Origin: Leptonemataceae bacterium
GTDB taxonomy: Bacteria > Spirochaetota > Leptospiria > Leptospirales > Leptonemataceae
NCBI GenBank assembly: GCA_965227295.1
Contig: OZ245742.1
Span: forward strand, 128,001-192,000
Direction: 5' to 3'
DNA: 64,000 nucleotides
Under the pieces are notes generated by a model that was given only the letters and a program-made list of their open reading frames with translations, made no database searches and was not told where the DNA came from. Both the position numbers and the translations under genes were made by a program. Below are positions 1 through 10,000 of this stretch, one piece after another. How positions within the stretch are numbered: the stretch's first letter is position 1; every line of letters begins with the position of its first letter.

Positions 1-873
1 ATCCTGTCCGCGGAGCACTTGTTTCATCTTACGGAGACGATGCGTCTCGACCCGCCGCCGATGCTATCCGTAACTGAACTTCGGGAAATATTAAGCGCAG
101 GCATTTCCAAAGAGGCCTATGCCGATCTTCACAACGCCTTGAACGTCTGGTCCCGCGAGACCTGGATTCGCCTGAGTACCGAAAACGAGATCGCCGGCCG
201 CGCCTTCGTCTACGGCGGCAGCCTGGCCTATACCTACTGGCTCGGCTACGGCGAACGCGACGCCGCCCTGGTGCGCGACGTCGTGAACCCGTATCGCCTG
301 GAACGCATCGCCGAGAACTTTGCGACGATCGAAGAGCATCTCCCGGAGTACGTCTTCGATTGCCTGGAGTACTCTTTGCATCGCTGGCGTAAGATCGCGC
401 GCCGGACCAAAGACGACGCCGGCGTCTTGAAATGGAACCAGGCTCTGGGCAAACAGGCCGGCGTGTGGCGGGATCTGCTCTTCGGGCGGCGCAGCCCCGA
501 GAGTTTCCTGGACGCGCGGGAACACCGTCGCATTCGTTACGGCGCGCTCGCGATCAGCGGCTCCGCGATTTTTCTGATCGTTCTCTGTTTCTGGATGGGT
601 GTCTGGCTGGTGCCGCGCCTGGGTATGCACGTGATCGAAGGTTTCGACTACACACCGGCCCTGGCCGATCAGACGACACAAGCCGTAACTGGAACAAAGT
701 TAGTGGACTGGTTTAAGATCGGCTCGGCCCTGCTCGCGACGTTGTCGTCGGTGAGCCTCTTCTTTGCCGGCCTGGTCCGTCAGGTCTCGGGCTGGGTTCT
801 GGACATTCACGGCGTAACGCGCAAGTTTCTGACACGTTACTACGTGCAGCGGAAAACGTTGCGGTTGCCTTGA
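1..873 (+). CDS. Hypothetical membrane protein, 5'-truncated by the window edge
   Basis: Frame is open from position 1; two C-terminal hydrophobic segments (ALAISGSAIFLIVLCFWMGVWLV; IGSALLATLSSVSLFFAGLV); no family motif recognised. Confidence 0.65.
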   Translation: MLSAEHLFHLTETMRLDPPPMLSVTELREILSAGISKEAYADLHNALNVWSRETWIRLSTENEIAGRAFVYGGSLAYTYWLGYGERDAALVRDVVNPYRLERIAENFATIEEHLPEYVFDCLEYSLHRWRKIARRTKDDAGVLKWNQALGKQAGVWRDLLFGRRSPESFLDAREHRRIRYGALAISGSAIFLIVLCFWMGVWLVPRLGMHVIEGFDYTPALADQTTQAVTGTKLVDWFKIGSALLATLSSVSLFFAGLVRQVSGWVLDIHGVTRKFLTRYYVQRKTLRLP

Positions 874-885
874 AGAATTTTTTAA

Positions 886-1011
886 ACTCCGAGGACCGAG
901 GTACCGAGAGAAGAAAAAATTGATTCAACAAGCAAACAAAAGCGCTCATAACAAGAACGCGTTCTCAAACGAAAACCTCCCCAAAAACCTCGGTCCCTCG
1001 GTCCTCGGAGT
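886..1011. repeat. 23-bp inverted repeat around an 80-bp A-rich spacer (REP/MITE-like)
   Basis: ACTCCGAGGACCGAGGTACCGAG (886-908) matches the reverse complement of 989-1011 at 22/23 positions; lies between convergent genes. Confidence 0.8.
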
Positions 1012-1676
1012 CACTTCTCTTCGCTTTTCTCCGCCTCACCCATACGCTGCTCGCGTGCCTGGCGGTGACCGAGTTCGCTGTCGATGCGCTGGGCGATTTG
1101 ATAGGCGAAGTCGTCGTAGTTCGAGGAGTCGACGAGCACGTCCTCGGAATCCCAGATCAAACTCATGGACGCCGCGTACTTCGTACGATAGCGCCAGTCC
1201 CAGGCGCGGCCGGGAGACTTGCGCACGGTGATGAGGTGCTCGCCGGTCTCCACATCCACCGCGGTGATGGTACAGGTATCGATGAGCTTCGAATGACCGC
1301 GGCCCTCGGCGTCACGGTAGCTTAACATTTGTCCGGTGCCGGTTAAGATCAAGTCCGCACCGGTTAAGCGGCCGATTTCGCTGCGGGTCTGCGGATCCAC
1401 GAGACCGGACTCCGAGAACTCCTGCTCGCGCAGAATGTTCTTCAGCGCCGCTCGTTCCACCTGGATGAAGTTTCCGGTGCGGGCCAGATGCAGGCCCAGG
1501 GCCTGGGAGAACTCGTCGCCCCAGTCGGCGCCTTTGATGAAAAACGGCAGGACCGCAATCTTCAGCGGTTCGCCGGTGTCGGAGTACTTGAGCGACTCCT
1601 GGACCTGGAGATCCACGGAGGAACAGCCTGCGGCGAGAGTCAGGGCGGCAACAATCGAGGCGAAAAATCGAATCAT
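1011..1676 (-). CDS. CsgG/HfaB-family lipoprotein
   Basis: Lipobox LAAGC; KIAVLPF, VERAALKNILREQEFSESGLVD, IGRLTGADLILTG and VDVETGE motifs typical of the CsgG fold. Confidence 0.75.
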   Translation of the reverse strand: MIRFFASIVAALTLAAGCSSVDLQVQESLKYSDTGEPLKIAVLPFFIKGADWGDEFSQALGLHLARTGNFIQVERAALKNILREQEFSESGLVDPQTRSEIGRLTGADLILTGTGQMLSYRDAEGRGHSKLIDTCTITAVDVETGEHLITVRKSPGRAWDWRYRTKYAASMSLIWDSEDVLVDSSNYDDFAYQIAQRIDSELGHRQAREQRMGEAEKSEEK

Positions 1677-1733
1677 CTTACTAACAGATCGCGTGATGTA
1701 TGAGACGCCGAAGCCCGGCGCGGCGTTCGGTGA

Positions 1734-2255
1734 TTATGTTTTCTTTTTGGAACCGAAGAGTTTGACCGGCAACGAGCGAAACAGATGGTACACGCCCAGG
1801 CCGAGCAAAATACCGAAGAACGCGTACACCGCGCCTTCGATGGACAGCGGTACGCCCGGCGTGAAGTCGTAGTATTTCATGAGGCCGGCGTCGAAGTTCG
1901 CGAAGAACACGAACGGTTTCGTCCACACACTGGCGTCGCCCAGGGCGGCGTGGGCCGCGGCGTAGTCCTCGTAGCGTTCGACGGCGGACTGCATGGCGCG
2001 GCCGGTGGCCTGGAAGTCCGGGTCGGTACTGCGCAGGTGTTTATCGATGAGTTCTTCCAGGCTCTTGCCGACGAGCTGCGCCTGGGCACGGAACACTTCT
2101 AAGTTACGCGCGGCCTCGGCGAACGCGCCGCTCAGCGCGACGTAGTATTGTTTCATGAACTCCGGGAACTGACTGAGCACCAGGGCGCCGGCGACGCTGA
2201 AGATCCGATCCAGCAGCGTGTCGATGCTGCGACCGATGTAACGGACTACGAACAT
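1734..2255 (-). CDS. DUF2937-like membrane protein
   Basis: SQFPEFMKQY near the N-terminus and TPGVPLSIEG plus a C-terminal TM helix. Confidence 0.7.
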   Translation of the reverse strand: MFVVRYIGRSIDTLLDRIFSVAGALVLSQFPEFMKQYYVALSGAFAEAARNLEVFRAQAQLVGKSLEELIDKHLRSTDPDFQATGRAMQSAVERYEDYAAAHAALGDASVWTKPFVFFANFDAGLMKYYDFTPGVPLSIEGAVYAFFGILLGLGVYHLFRSLPVKLFGSKKKT

Positions 2256-2393
2256 GGCCGAAGGCTACGGTGAGTGGGATCGATGGCAAGTAAAAACGGT
2301 GCACGATAACAGCGATCGCCTGCGGGAAGATTTGCAGCCTGCCGGCGCCAGCAAAAGACCGCCTGGTGATGGCCACGCTTTTCGGCGGCAGGA

Positions 2394-3314
2394 TCACGGC
2401 TCCACGGGACTACCGGCTTCGAAGCGACCTTCCTGCACGGTGCCATCTTTGTAGATGAGTTTTCCCTGGCCGTGAAACTCGCCGTTTTCGAACTGACCCT
2501 CGTAGCGTAGATAACGAATAAACGTAGACGGATAGAGAATCACACCGTATCCGTGGTACTCGCCGTTTTGAAATTCGCCCGTGTACCGCCGGCCGTCGCG
2601 ATAGGCGTACGTGCCGCGACCATGCGGCAGGCCGTCCTGAAACTCGCCGGTGTAGATGTCCCCGCCGGCCTCGGGCTTTTTGAGTGACCCGGAGTACATG
2701 ACGCCCTCACGCATCTCACCGTCCCGCCATTCACCGACGAAGCGCCGGCCGTCCGGCCACACGCAGAGCCCGCGTCCGTGCATAGAGTTGTCGCGAAACT
2801 CACCGATATATCGAAACTCGAACGGGTCCAGCGACCCCTCTAACACGCGCTCATAGAAACCTACGCCCGCGAAGGATCCGTCGCGCATTTGTCCGTAGTA
2901 GTGCCGCCCGTCCTCGGGATTGTAGTACTCGCCGTAGCCGTCGCGTTCATTGTCTTCCCACGTCCCGGCGTAGTATTCGCCGGATTCTTCGCCCAGAAAT
3001 CCGTAGGCGCCGAAGCCCTCGGCTTTATCGTTCGTATACTGGCCGGCATAACGTGATTGTTGCGACGGTAGTTCGTAGATGCCGTAGCCGTCGCGTTCCC
3101 AGCCGGTGAACGTTCCGGTGTAGATGTCGCCCTCGGGATCGACAAGAACGCCGTGAACCGGCGCGCCGTCTTCGAAGATGGCGCGGAGGACGGAGCCGTC
3201 CGCGTACTCGTAGACGCCCTGGCCGTTGGTGCAGTTGCCCTCGGTACACTCGCCGGCGGGGGGGATAGTGCAGGAGAGAACGAGAAAGATGAAAACGGTG
3301 GTAGTAAGGCGCAT
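2394..3314 (-). CDS. Exported MORN-repeat protein
   Basis: Many YxGxF/WxxGxxxGxG repeats; CTEGNCTNGQG motif; likely start MRLTTTVFIFLVLSC at 3314 (ORF track extends to 3389). Confidence 0.85.
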   Translation of the reverse strand: MRLTTTVFIFLVLSCTIPPAGECTEGNCTNGQGVYEYADGSVLRAIFEDGAPVHGVLVDPEGDIYTGTFTGWERDGYGIYELPSQQSRYAGQYTNDKAEGFGAYGFLGEESGEYYAGTWEDNERDGYGEYYNPEDGRHYYGQMRDGSFAGVGFYERVLEGSLDPFEFRYIGEFRDNSMHGRGLCVWPDGRRFVGEWRDGEMREGVMYSGSLKKPEAGGDIYTGEFQDGLPHGRGTYAYRDGRRYTGEFQNGEYHGYGVILYPSTFIRYLRYEGQFENGEFHGQGKLIYKDGTVQEGRFEAGSPVEP

Positions 3315-3388
3315 GAGTTGAGGTTCTAGACTGGTGGCTCTTGCGATTTCTTCGAGTGACATACCGGCTGTGACAATGGCCCAATCCA

Positions 3389-4039
3389 TCAGCGATCTGA
3401 AAGAAGAATAACTTTCTCCTCAATCATTTCAGGCACAAGTTCTGTATCCGCCATCAAATCAGTTTTCCACATACGACGTTCACCAAACCCCGTGAAAAAA
3501 GTCCCAAAGCACAAGCCCGCTCCGGTTTCCGTTGCCAGGTGTAGACCGCAATGAGCGTCATACTGGTCTACCGGCCTGAAATCGTGCCGGACTGTGATAA
3601 GTTCTACGCTGGTAATTTTTTTTCCAATTAAGCCCCGAAGGTATTCGTCCCCGGCGGAAGGATATCCCGACAACGATACCTTACGCGAACTCCCGACCAA
3701 CTTCTTCTTCATCATAGCCTGCAGCAACGTCGGCGTCGGACTCCAATGAATGATCGTTGTCAGAAGGATCAAAAAGTGGTACAGCGCAACTTCATAGGTC
3801 TCCGTCTTCACAACGAGCATGTGCGGTAGATCCCAGAGTAAACCATCTTTTCGCCCACTGCTTTCCTGGAACTTGTCGAGTTCGACGTCGACGTCAAGCG
3901 TCCCTCCGATGCGGGAGAGATCCACAATGCGCTGGCCTCGCAAACGTCCGAGTTCTTGCTGCACCTCGCGTAGTTTTCTCCAGCCGAGCCTTTGCCATTC
4001 AGGCAAAGCGCTGAGCGCCCAGTCTAGATCAAGCTCCAT
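3389..4039 (-). CDS. Putative immunity protein of the upstream polymorphic toxin
   Basis: 216-aa ORF starting 10 bp after the toxin stop, same strand, with the same AT-richer composition as the toxin tip; no known motif. Confidence 0.6.
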   Translation of the reverse strand: MELDLDWALSALPEWQRLGWRKLREVQQELGRLRGQRIVDLSRIGGTLDVDVELDKFQESSGRKDGLLWDLPHMLVVKTETYEVALYHFLILLTTIIHWSPTPTLLQAMMKKKLVGSSRKVSLSGYPSAGDEYLRGLIGKKITSVELITVRHDFRPVDQYDAHCGLHLATETGAGLCFGTFFTGFGERRMWKTDLMADTELVPEMIEEKVILLSDR

Positions 4040-4048
4040 CGTCGTCCA

Positions 4049-7000
4049 TTATCTCGGGAACCCCATTTCGTCCAGAAACGCGTTGATGCTGATGACGTTA
4101 CCACTTTTTCCTGGTTCGAACCCGGCTGCCATCTCCAGAGGGTCGCTAAGAATAAATTTCCTTTGCTTCTCGTCGTAGAATCCCTGAAGATCTTGAACCG
4201 TCAAACCTTCTTTATCAAACGAATCTCGAAGATCTTTCAGACTTTCCAGGAATTTCTCTCTGGCCTCGGGGGTGGGTAGCTTCGCACTATCCTCAAAAAA
4301 TTCCTTCAAACTATGTTTACTGAATTTAAGGTGTGTAGCCGGATCGACGTAGTCCATAACATATCCATAGCAGGTTTTTGCAGGGATACTCGTCGGGCAT
4401 GGAGTCGATCTCGCGACGGCCTCAAAGTTAACGACTTCTATGTTTTTCATCCCCTCCACATGATTACGAAGTTTCTTGAGATTCGCTATTTCCTCGCCGA
4501 TCAGCCGTAGCGCGTCGTCTTCTGCCAGATACAGTGGATTCTTGACCACGCCGAGAACTTTGCCCGGTTGCCCTTCAATCTTATAGACGTTCTTATAATG
4601 GCCATTGCCCTGCCATCCGGCATCGGAAACAGTACCCCGAAGTTTCTTGAGGGTGATATTTATTCCGCTGGCGAGACATCGGATACATCCAGAACTACTA
4701 CTGCTATTCTGATTATGCACCAACCACGCCGCGTCCCCCGCGAAGTAGTTGTGATCCCCTGCGACCTCGATGTTGTAGATCGGCTCACTTCGTTCCAGTT
4801 GCCGCGCCTTGATGGACTGAATCGCGGCAAGTTCACCGTCGATGGGCCGCAGGCGATCGCCGACCGTAAGGTCTTTCGCGGCCACCCACACGCCGCGTTC
4901 TTCCATCCAGAACGGGTGGTTATCCGTAACGGTGAGCGTATCTTCGCCGACACGGATCTCGTACCAAACGAGCGTAATGTCGCGGAAGACGTGCGTAACC
5001 TTCTGCTCACGCGGGGAGCCGGTGGCGGTGTCATAAGCGATGACGCTGTCGCCGACTTCCAGGTCGTCAATCTTGCGCTGCCCGTCCGGCGTTAAGATCG
5101 GCGTACCGGAAATTAAGCAACTCGAACAGGACTTGCACGGCAACACGCCGATCTTATCCAGTTTCGCCCGGCCTTTCTCGACGATCTTGCCGGCGACCGC
5201 GCCCACGCCTTTCGCGGCGGCGCCTTCGAGATAGTTCCCGATGCGCGTGCCGCTGGCCATACTCCAGGCACCCATGACGGCGGTGAACGGATCGCCCTCG
5301 CGTGTGCCGGTAACCAAATCGGCGACGCCGACGAAGCGGCCGAGCACCTGCCCGATCGCCGGGTTCAGATTGATCAACGTGCCCAGGATCGGATCGCCGC
5401 CGAGGTCGGAGGTCGACTTCATGAACGAAAAGAATTTCTCGGAATCCAGCGGATCATTCAGGAAGTTCGTAAGTTCATCGCGAAACTCGCGGACACGCTC
5501 GGCCAGTTCACCCGGTGCATCGGTAATGGCCTTCAGGATCGACCGGCCGACTTCCACCGCGTACTCAAGGTATTCATCAACGAGACCTTGTTCCCGCTCG
5601 CTCTGCCTGGAATTCTCGTAACCGGCAAGACGATCGTCCACGGCGATGTTTTCTTCCGCTTCCGCCTTGAGAGCTTCCCGCAATTGTCGCTGCAACGCGA
5701 TGCGCTCGGTTTGCATCGTCTGAAAGTGCTGTTGATATTTCAGGATGTTGCGGCCGACGGCGGACTCGTGTAGAAAATCCGTAACTACGGCGTCGAATTC
5801 CCTCGGTTTTCCGTTATCCCCGTTGATGGACGCTTCCACGCGCCAGGTAAACAGCGTATCGCTGAGGCCCGCGTCATTGAGCAATCGCTCATAATCCTCG
5901 AGCGCAGTATCCTGAATTTCATCTTTCGAGAGAAGGCAACCTACCTTTGCCCGGCACAGCTCCGCGGCGAGATCCTCCCTGGCGTCGCGCACGTATTCCA
6001 GAAGCGCGGGCTCGGGTTCCCGGCCTTCTTGCCTGGCCCTGGCGATATCCCTTTCTTTTTTCTGAATAAGATCTACGAAAGAACCGAACGGCATTACACC
6101 GCCGCTCAGGTAGCGGTCGGTGTGCTCTTCGCTGTAAGCAACATCCTGGATGTATTTGTAGAACTCCGGCTCGTACGTATCCTTACCCGGAGACACTTGA
6201 TTGGACTGACTCGCGCCCGCCGCCCGATAGATATCGAAGTGCGCAATGCCGACCTCGCTTTCATCGAAGATGCGATCATAACAGGCCATCTGCGCGAGCA
6301 GAGCCTCCGATCCCGCACCGGACTGAGACCGGCATTCCTGCATCACACGTTCGATGTTTGCAAGATTGTCCGGCGTAACCTCGTAAGTTTCGCGCAGTTG
6401 CTGTTTGTAATTTTCCGATCCGCGTTCCGTAACCGGGCTACCGCCGCCGGCTACTTCACCGCCTTCCGGTGGTTCCACGACGATGTCGCCGGGATTGTAG
6501 CCGCCGTCAGTAGCGCCGCCGTCGGAATCGCCGTTACCAAACCAATCATCCCAAACACCGGCCACGTCGTCCGGCACGCTACCGAACGGCTCATCCCCGA
6601 ACGGGTCCAGGTCCACGTGATCGCCGGGATTCTTGAACAGATCTTCCAGTTCGTCGATCTGCTTCCCCAAATCTCCGAGCTGCCGGAACTCGTCGGCTCG
6701 CTGCTCCAGATCTTCCGCGACCTTATCCAGGTACGGACTCGACAACCCGTCCCGATCGTTATAATCGAACAGGTCCTCTTTCTTTCCGGACAGGTTTGCG
6801 CCCCAGCCGTCTTTCGAATCATAACCGAACGAAAGATCGCCGACCTTTTGCTGAAAACCACCGGACCAGCCGTCCTGCGCATCGTAACCGGCAGTATAGC
6901 CGGCGCCGTCGAAGCTCGCGGACAAACCATTCGTCTCATCCCAGCGAATCTTACCGTCGCCGGTAAGAAGATCGTGTACACCTTCGCCGCCCGTGGAGAA

Positions 7001-10000
7001 ATCCATCTGGGCACCGAAGCCGGCGCGTTCATTGTACGTGAGCGCACCGTTCACATTGCCGACGTCGTTCTCACCTTCGAACGTAAGCGCGCCGGTGAGG
7101 CCGGCATTCTCATTCCAGCCGAGCCCTAACTGTCCCGTGCCGACACCACCGGCGTCGAGGCCGTAGCCCAGGTTCACCCCGAACCCCGTCTCATCATTAT
7201 AACTCAGCCCGACTTTCACACCGCCGCTGGAATAACCGGCGTTGATCGAATTGCCACCGCGCTCGCTGACGTTAAAACCGATGCTCAGTCCGTCGCCCTG
7301 GCCGAGTCGACCGTACGCCCCCGCGCCGTTCTTATCGCTGTAACTGATGCCGACGCTGCCGTAATCACCGCCGACGCCGATGCTCGCGCCGAAGCCGTCC
7401 GCGTGCGTATACGAAACACTCGCATCAATGCCGACGAGCTGCGTCGCCATCAACGCCGTGTCGGCCATGCGCGCCACCGAGCCGAGTTCACCGCCTTCGT
7501 AGTAACCCTTCTGTGCCTGATAGCCGTACCACAGACCGGGATTGTTCGTCATCATGGACGCGCTGAAGGCGGTCGCATCCATCAACATGGGATTGTCGTA
7601 AAACGTATCGGCGAGCGGTTGGGCGATGCCCGGGCCGAACATATCGTTCGAAGCCGCACCGACAAGGCCGCCCATCGCCGCGCCGGCCAGCATGCCGATG
7701 GGACCGAGGGCCAGGCCGGCCATGGCGCCGAGGCCGCCGCCCATGGTCATGGACGCCATGGAGTTCGCGAGTTTACCCGTGGGACCGTTGCGCGCCGCCT
7801 TCGCGGCCATCTTCTTCTTAAGTTCACCTGTAAGTAAGCTACCGAATCCTTTGATGCCGGTAATGCGATCGATCTCGCTGCCCACCACCTGCCAGGCGTA
7901 ACCCTGCATCGCTTCTTCGACACTCGCGCCACCGAGCAACGCCGACACGAAACCCGCGGGAATGCCGGTCATCGTTTCCCAGTGCGCGGCGATATCGCCC
8001 ATGATCTGATTCTTCGCGTAATCAATGAAGGCGTCGCCGGCGCTCATGCCCCCGGCCATGGAAGTCATGAGCGACTTCAACATCGAAAACAGTTGCGCCT
8101 GATCTTGCTTCGCCTGGGACGAGAGCTTTTCGCCGAGTTGTTTCGAAGCGTGCGCCGTATTCATGCGCGCCTGCGCCGCGCTGAGCCAGTTCGCGGCGCC
8201 GTCGTAGAAAGCCTGCTTCACGGCCTCGCGTTCCGCCTGCACGGCGCCGAAGTCCCACTGTTCAAAAAGATCCCCGCCGGAAACGAGTTTCAGCGCTTCC
8301 GGCGGGGCGATGCGTACGATCTGCTCTCGCTGCACGGAGTCGTAGCCCGTGGTGCTCGTCAGGTCGCCGCCGTTCCAGGCGACCTGTCCGGTATCCACGC
8401 TGCGGTGCGCCACGACCGTGCCGTCGTCTAAAATCTTCACAGAAAAGTTCATGCGCGCCTGGCGTTCGAGGCGCTGTTGCATCTCCTCGTCGGTTTCCAG
8501 GCGCGTCGCCGAGGCGTTCTCCCAACCCGCCGGACGCAGCAACACCGGCACGTCCTCGTACGGATTGTACTCCACCTCCTGGCGCTCGTTCTGCACGTAG
8601 TCGCGTGACAGTATGGAATAAGCTTGATCGATCAACTGATCGCGCAGCTGTTCGGCTTCGTCGGCGACGGTGCGCGCGTAGGTGAAATTCAAGAGGCCGT
8701 TCAGTGAAGTATTCAGAGAGCCGGCCGCATCCTTGAGCAGACTCATGTCCGGCAGATTCGAACCGGGCTCGGTTGCCAGGGAATCGGCGTGTTCGCGCAG
8801 GCCGGTTGCGTCGCTGCTAATTTTCACTCGCTGAACATTAGCGGATTGCGCGGCGGTGACGAGTTGCGCCAGCTCCTGCGGCAGGCCCGCGTCCGAATCC
8901 TCGAGCGCCAGGGCCTTCGCCGCGCGGCGATCTTCGACATCGTCCCAGCGCGCCGAAGCATGCAAGAAATCCCGGCGTGTATCCTCGAACCAGGCGTCCC
9001 GCTGCGCCGTGATTTCGCTGCGACGCTGCGCATATTCCGCCGTCGCCTGAGAACGTACAGCGTCGGCCTCGGCCTGCCAGGCGGAATAATTGGCCGCGTA
9101 AGAACTGCTCTGCGCTTCCCAGGTTTGCAGCGCGGGCAGCAAATCATCCTGCCACTGCGTGATGACCGGATTCAGATCGTCGACGTACCCCTGCCAGGTG
9201 TCGGCGTTCGCCCGGGCGTTGTTGTCCGTGAGAACGTATGTGACCTCGAACTGAATGAACTGCTCCGGAACGAGATAGTACGAGACCGGATACGACGGAT
9301 CGCCGCACGGATCCAGGCGATTGTAACGAGTGATGCCGAAACAGCCGAACACCGTATGCATGAATGCGCTGTAGCGCTGGTCTCGCGTTTCGCCGATCTG
9401 GCGAAAGTAGATACCGGCGTCGGAGTACGAAAAGACGTTCGTCCCCGCATCGCTGGAGAGCGGCGGGTATGAGGGAGACCAACCGGCCGCGTAAGTACTG
9501 CTGATGGCAATGTCCAGGTGATCGCCGTAACCGCCCAACGAACGCAAGAAATCCAGCAACGGTTGCCGGTTGCCTTTCAGGTCCTCGACGATCGTATACG
9601 CTTCCTGGTACTCCCAGGGCATCACGTTCGGATCGCCCGCGGCCTTGTAGTACGACTGCGCGGCGTCCACGTTCACCCGATCGGCCCAGACCTGGCTCGT
9701 CGCCTCGGCCTCGGTGCGCCGGGTTTCCATGTAGCTCAGAATATTCGCGGCCACGGCGGACAGCGGATCGCCGTCGGCCAGGGCGCCGCGGACGTCACCG
9801 ATCAATTGCGCTAAGTCCTGCCCGGCGGCATTTAAGGTCGAGCCGTCCACGTCGCAATGATTGTCGGAGTCGCAGCTTTCCTCGTGAAACAGACCGCTGC
9901 TGTTCAGAAAAACTTCCATCTGATCCACCGTCGCCGCGATGGAATTGCGGACGTCCTGTTCGAGCTGCTGCATCACGCTCAGGTTTTCTTCGAACAGAGC

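Noticed and set aside
1011-3314. CsgG-like, DUF2937 and MORN genes as the toxin's secretion apparatus
   Set aside because: Only co-orientation supports it; these families are common stand-alone genes and intergenic gaps separate them
2394-3314. Repetitive DNA in the MORN genes (also around 14430-14760) as a CRISPR or tandem array
   Set aside because: The repeats are degenerate protein-level MORN motifs, not identical nucleotide repeats with spacers
4712-5119. A mobile, splicing intein with homing endonuclease
   Set aside because: Only 136 aa, with no endonuclease motifs and a Gln at +1; it fits a pretoxin Hint/BIL domain
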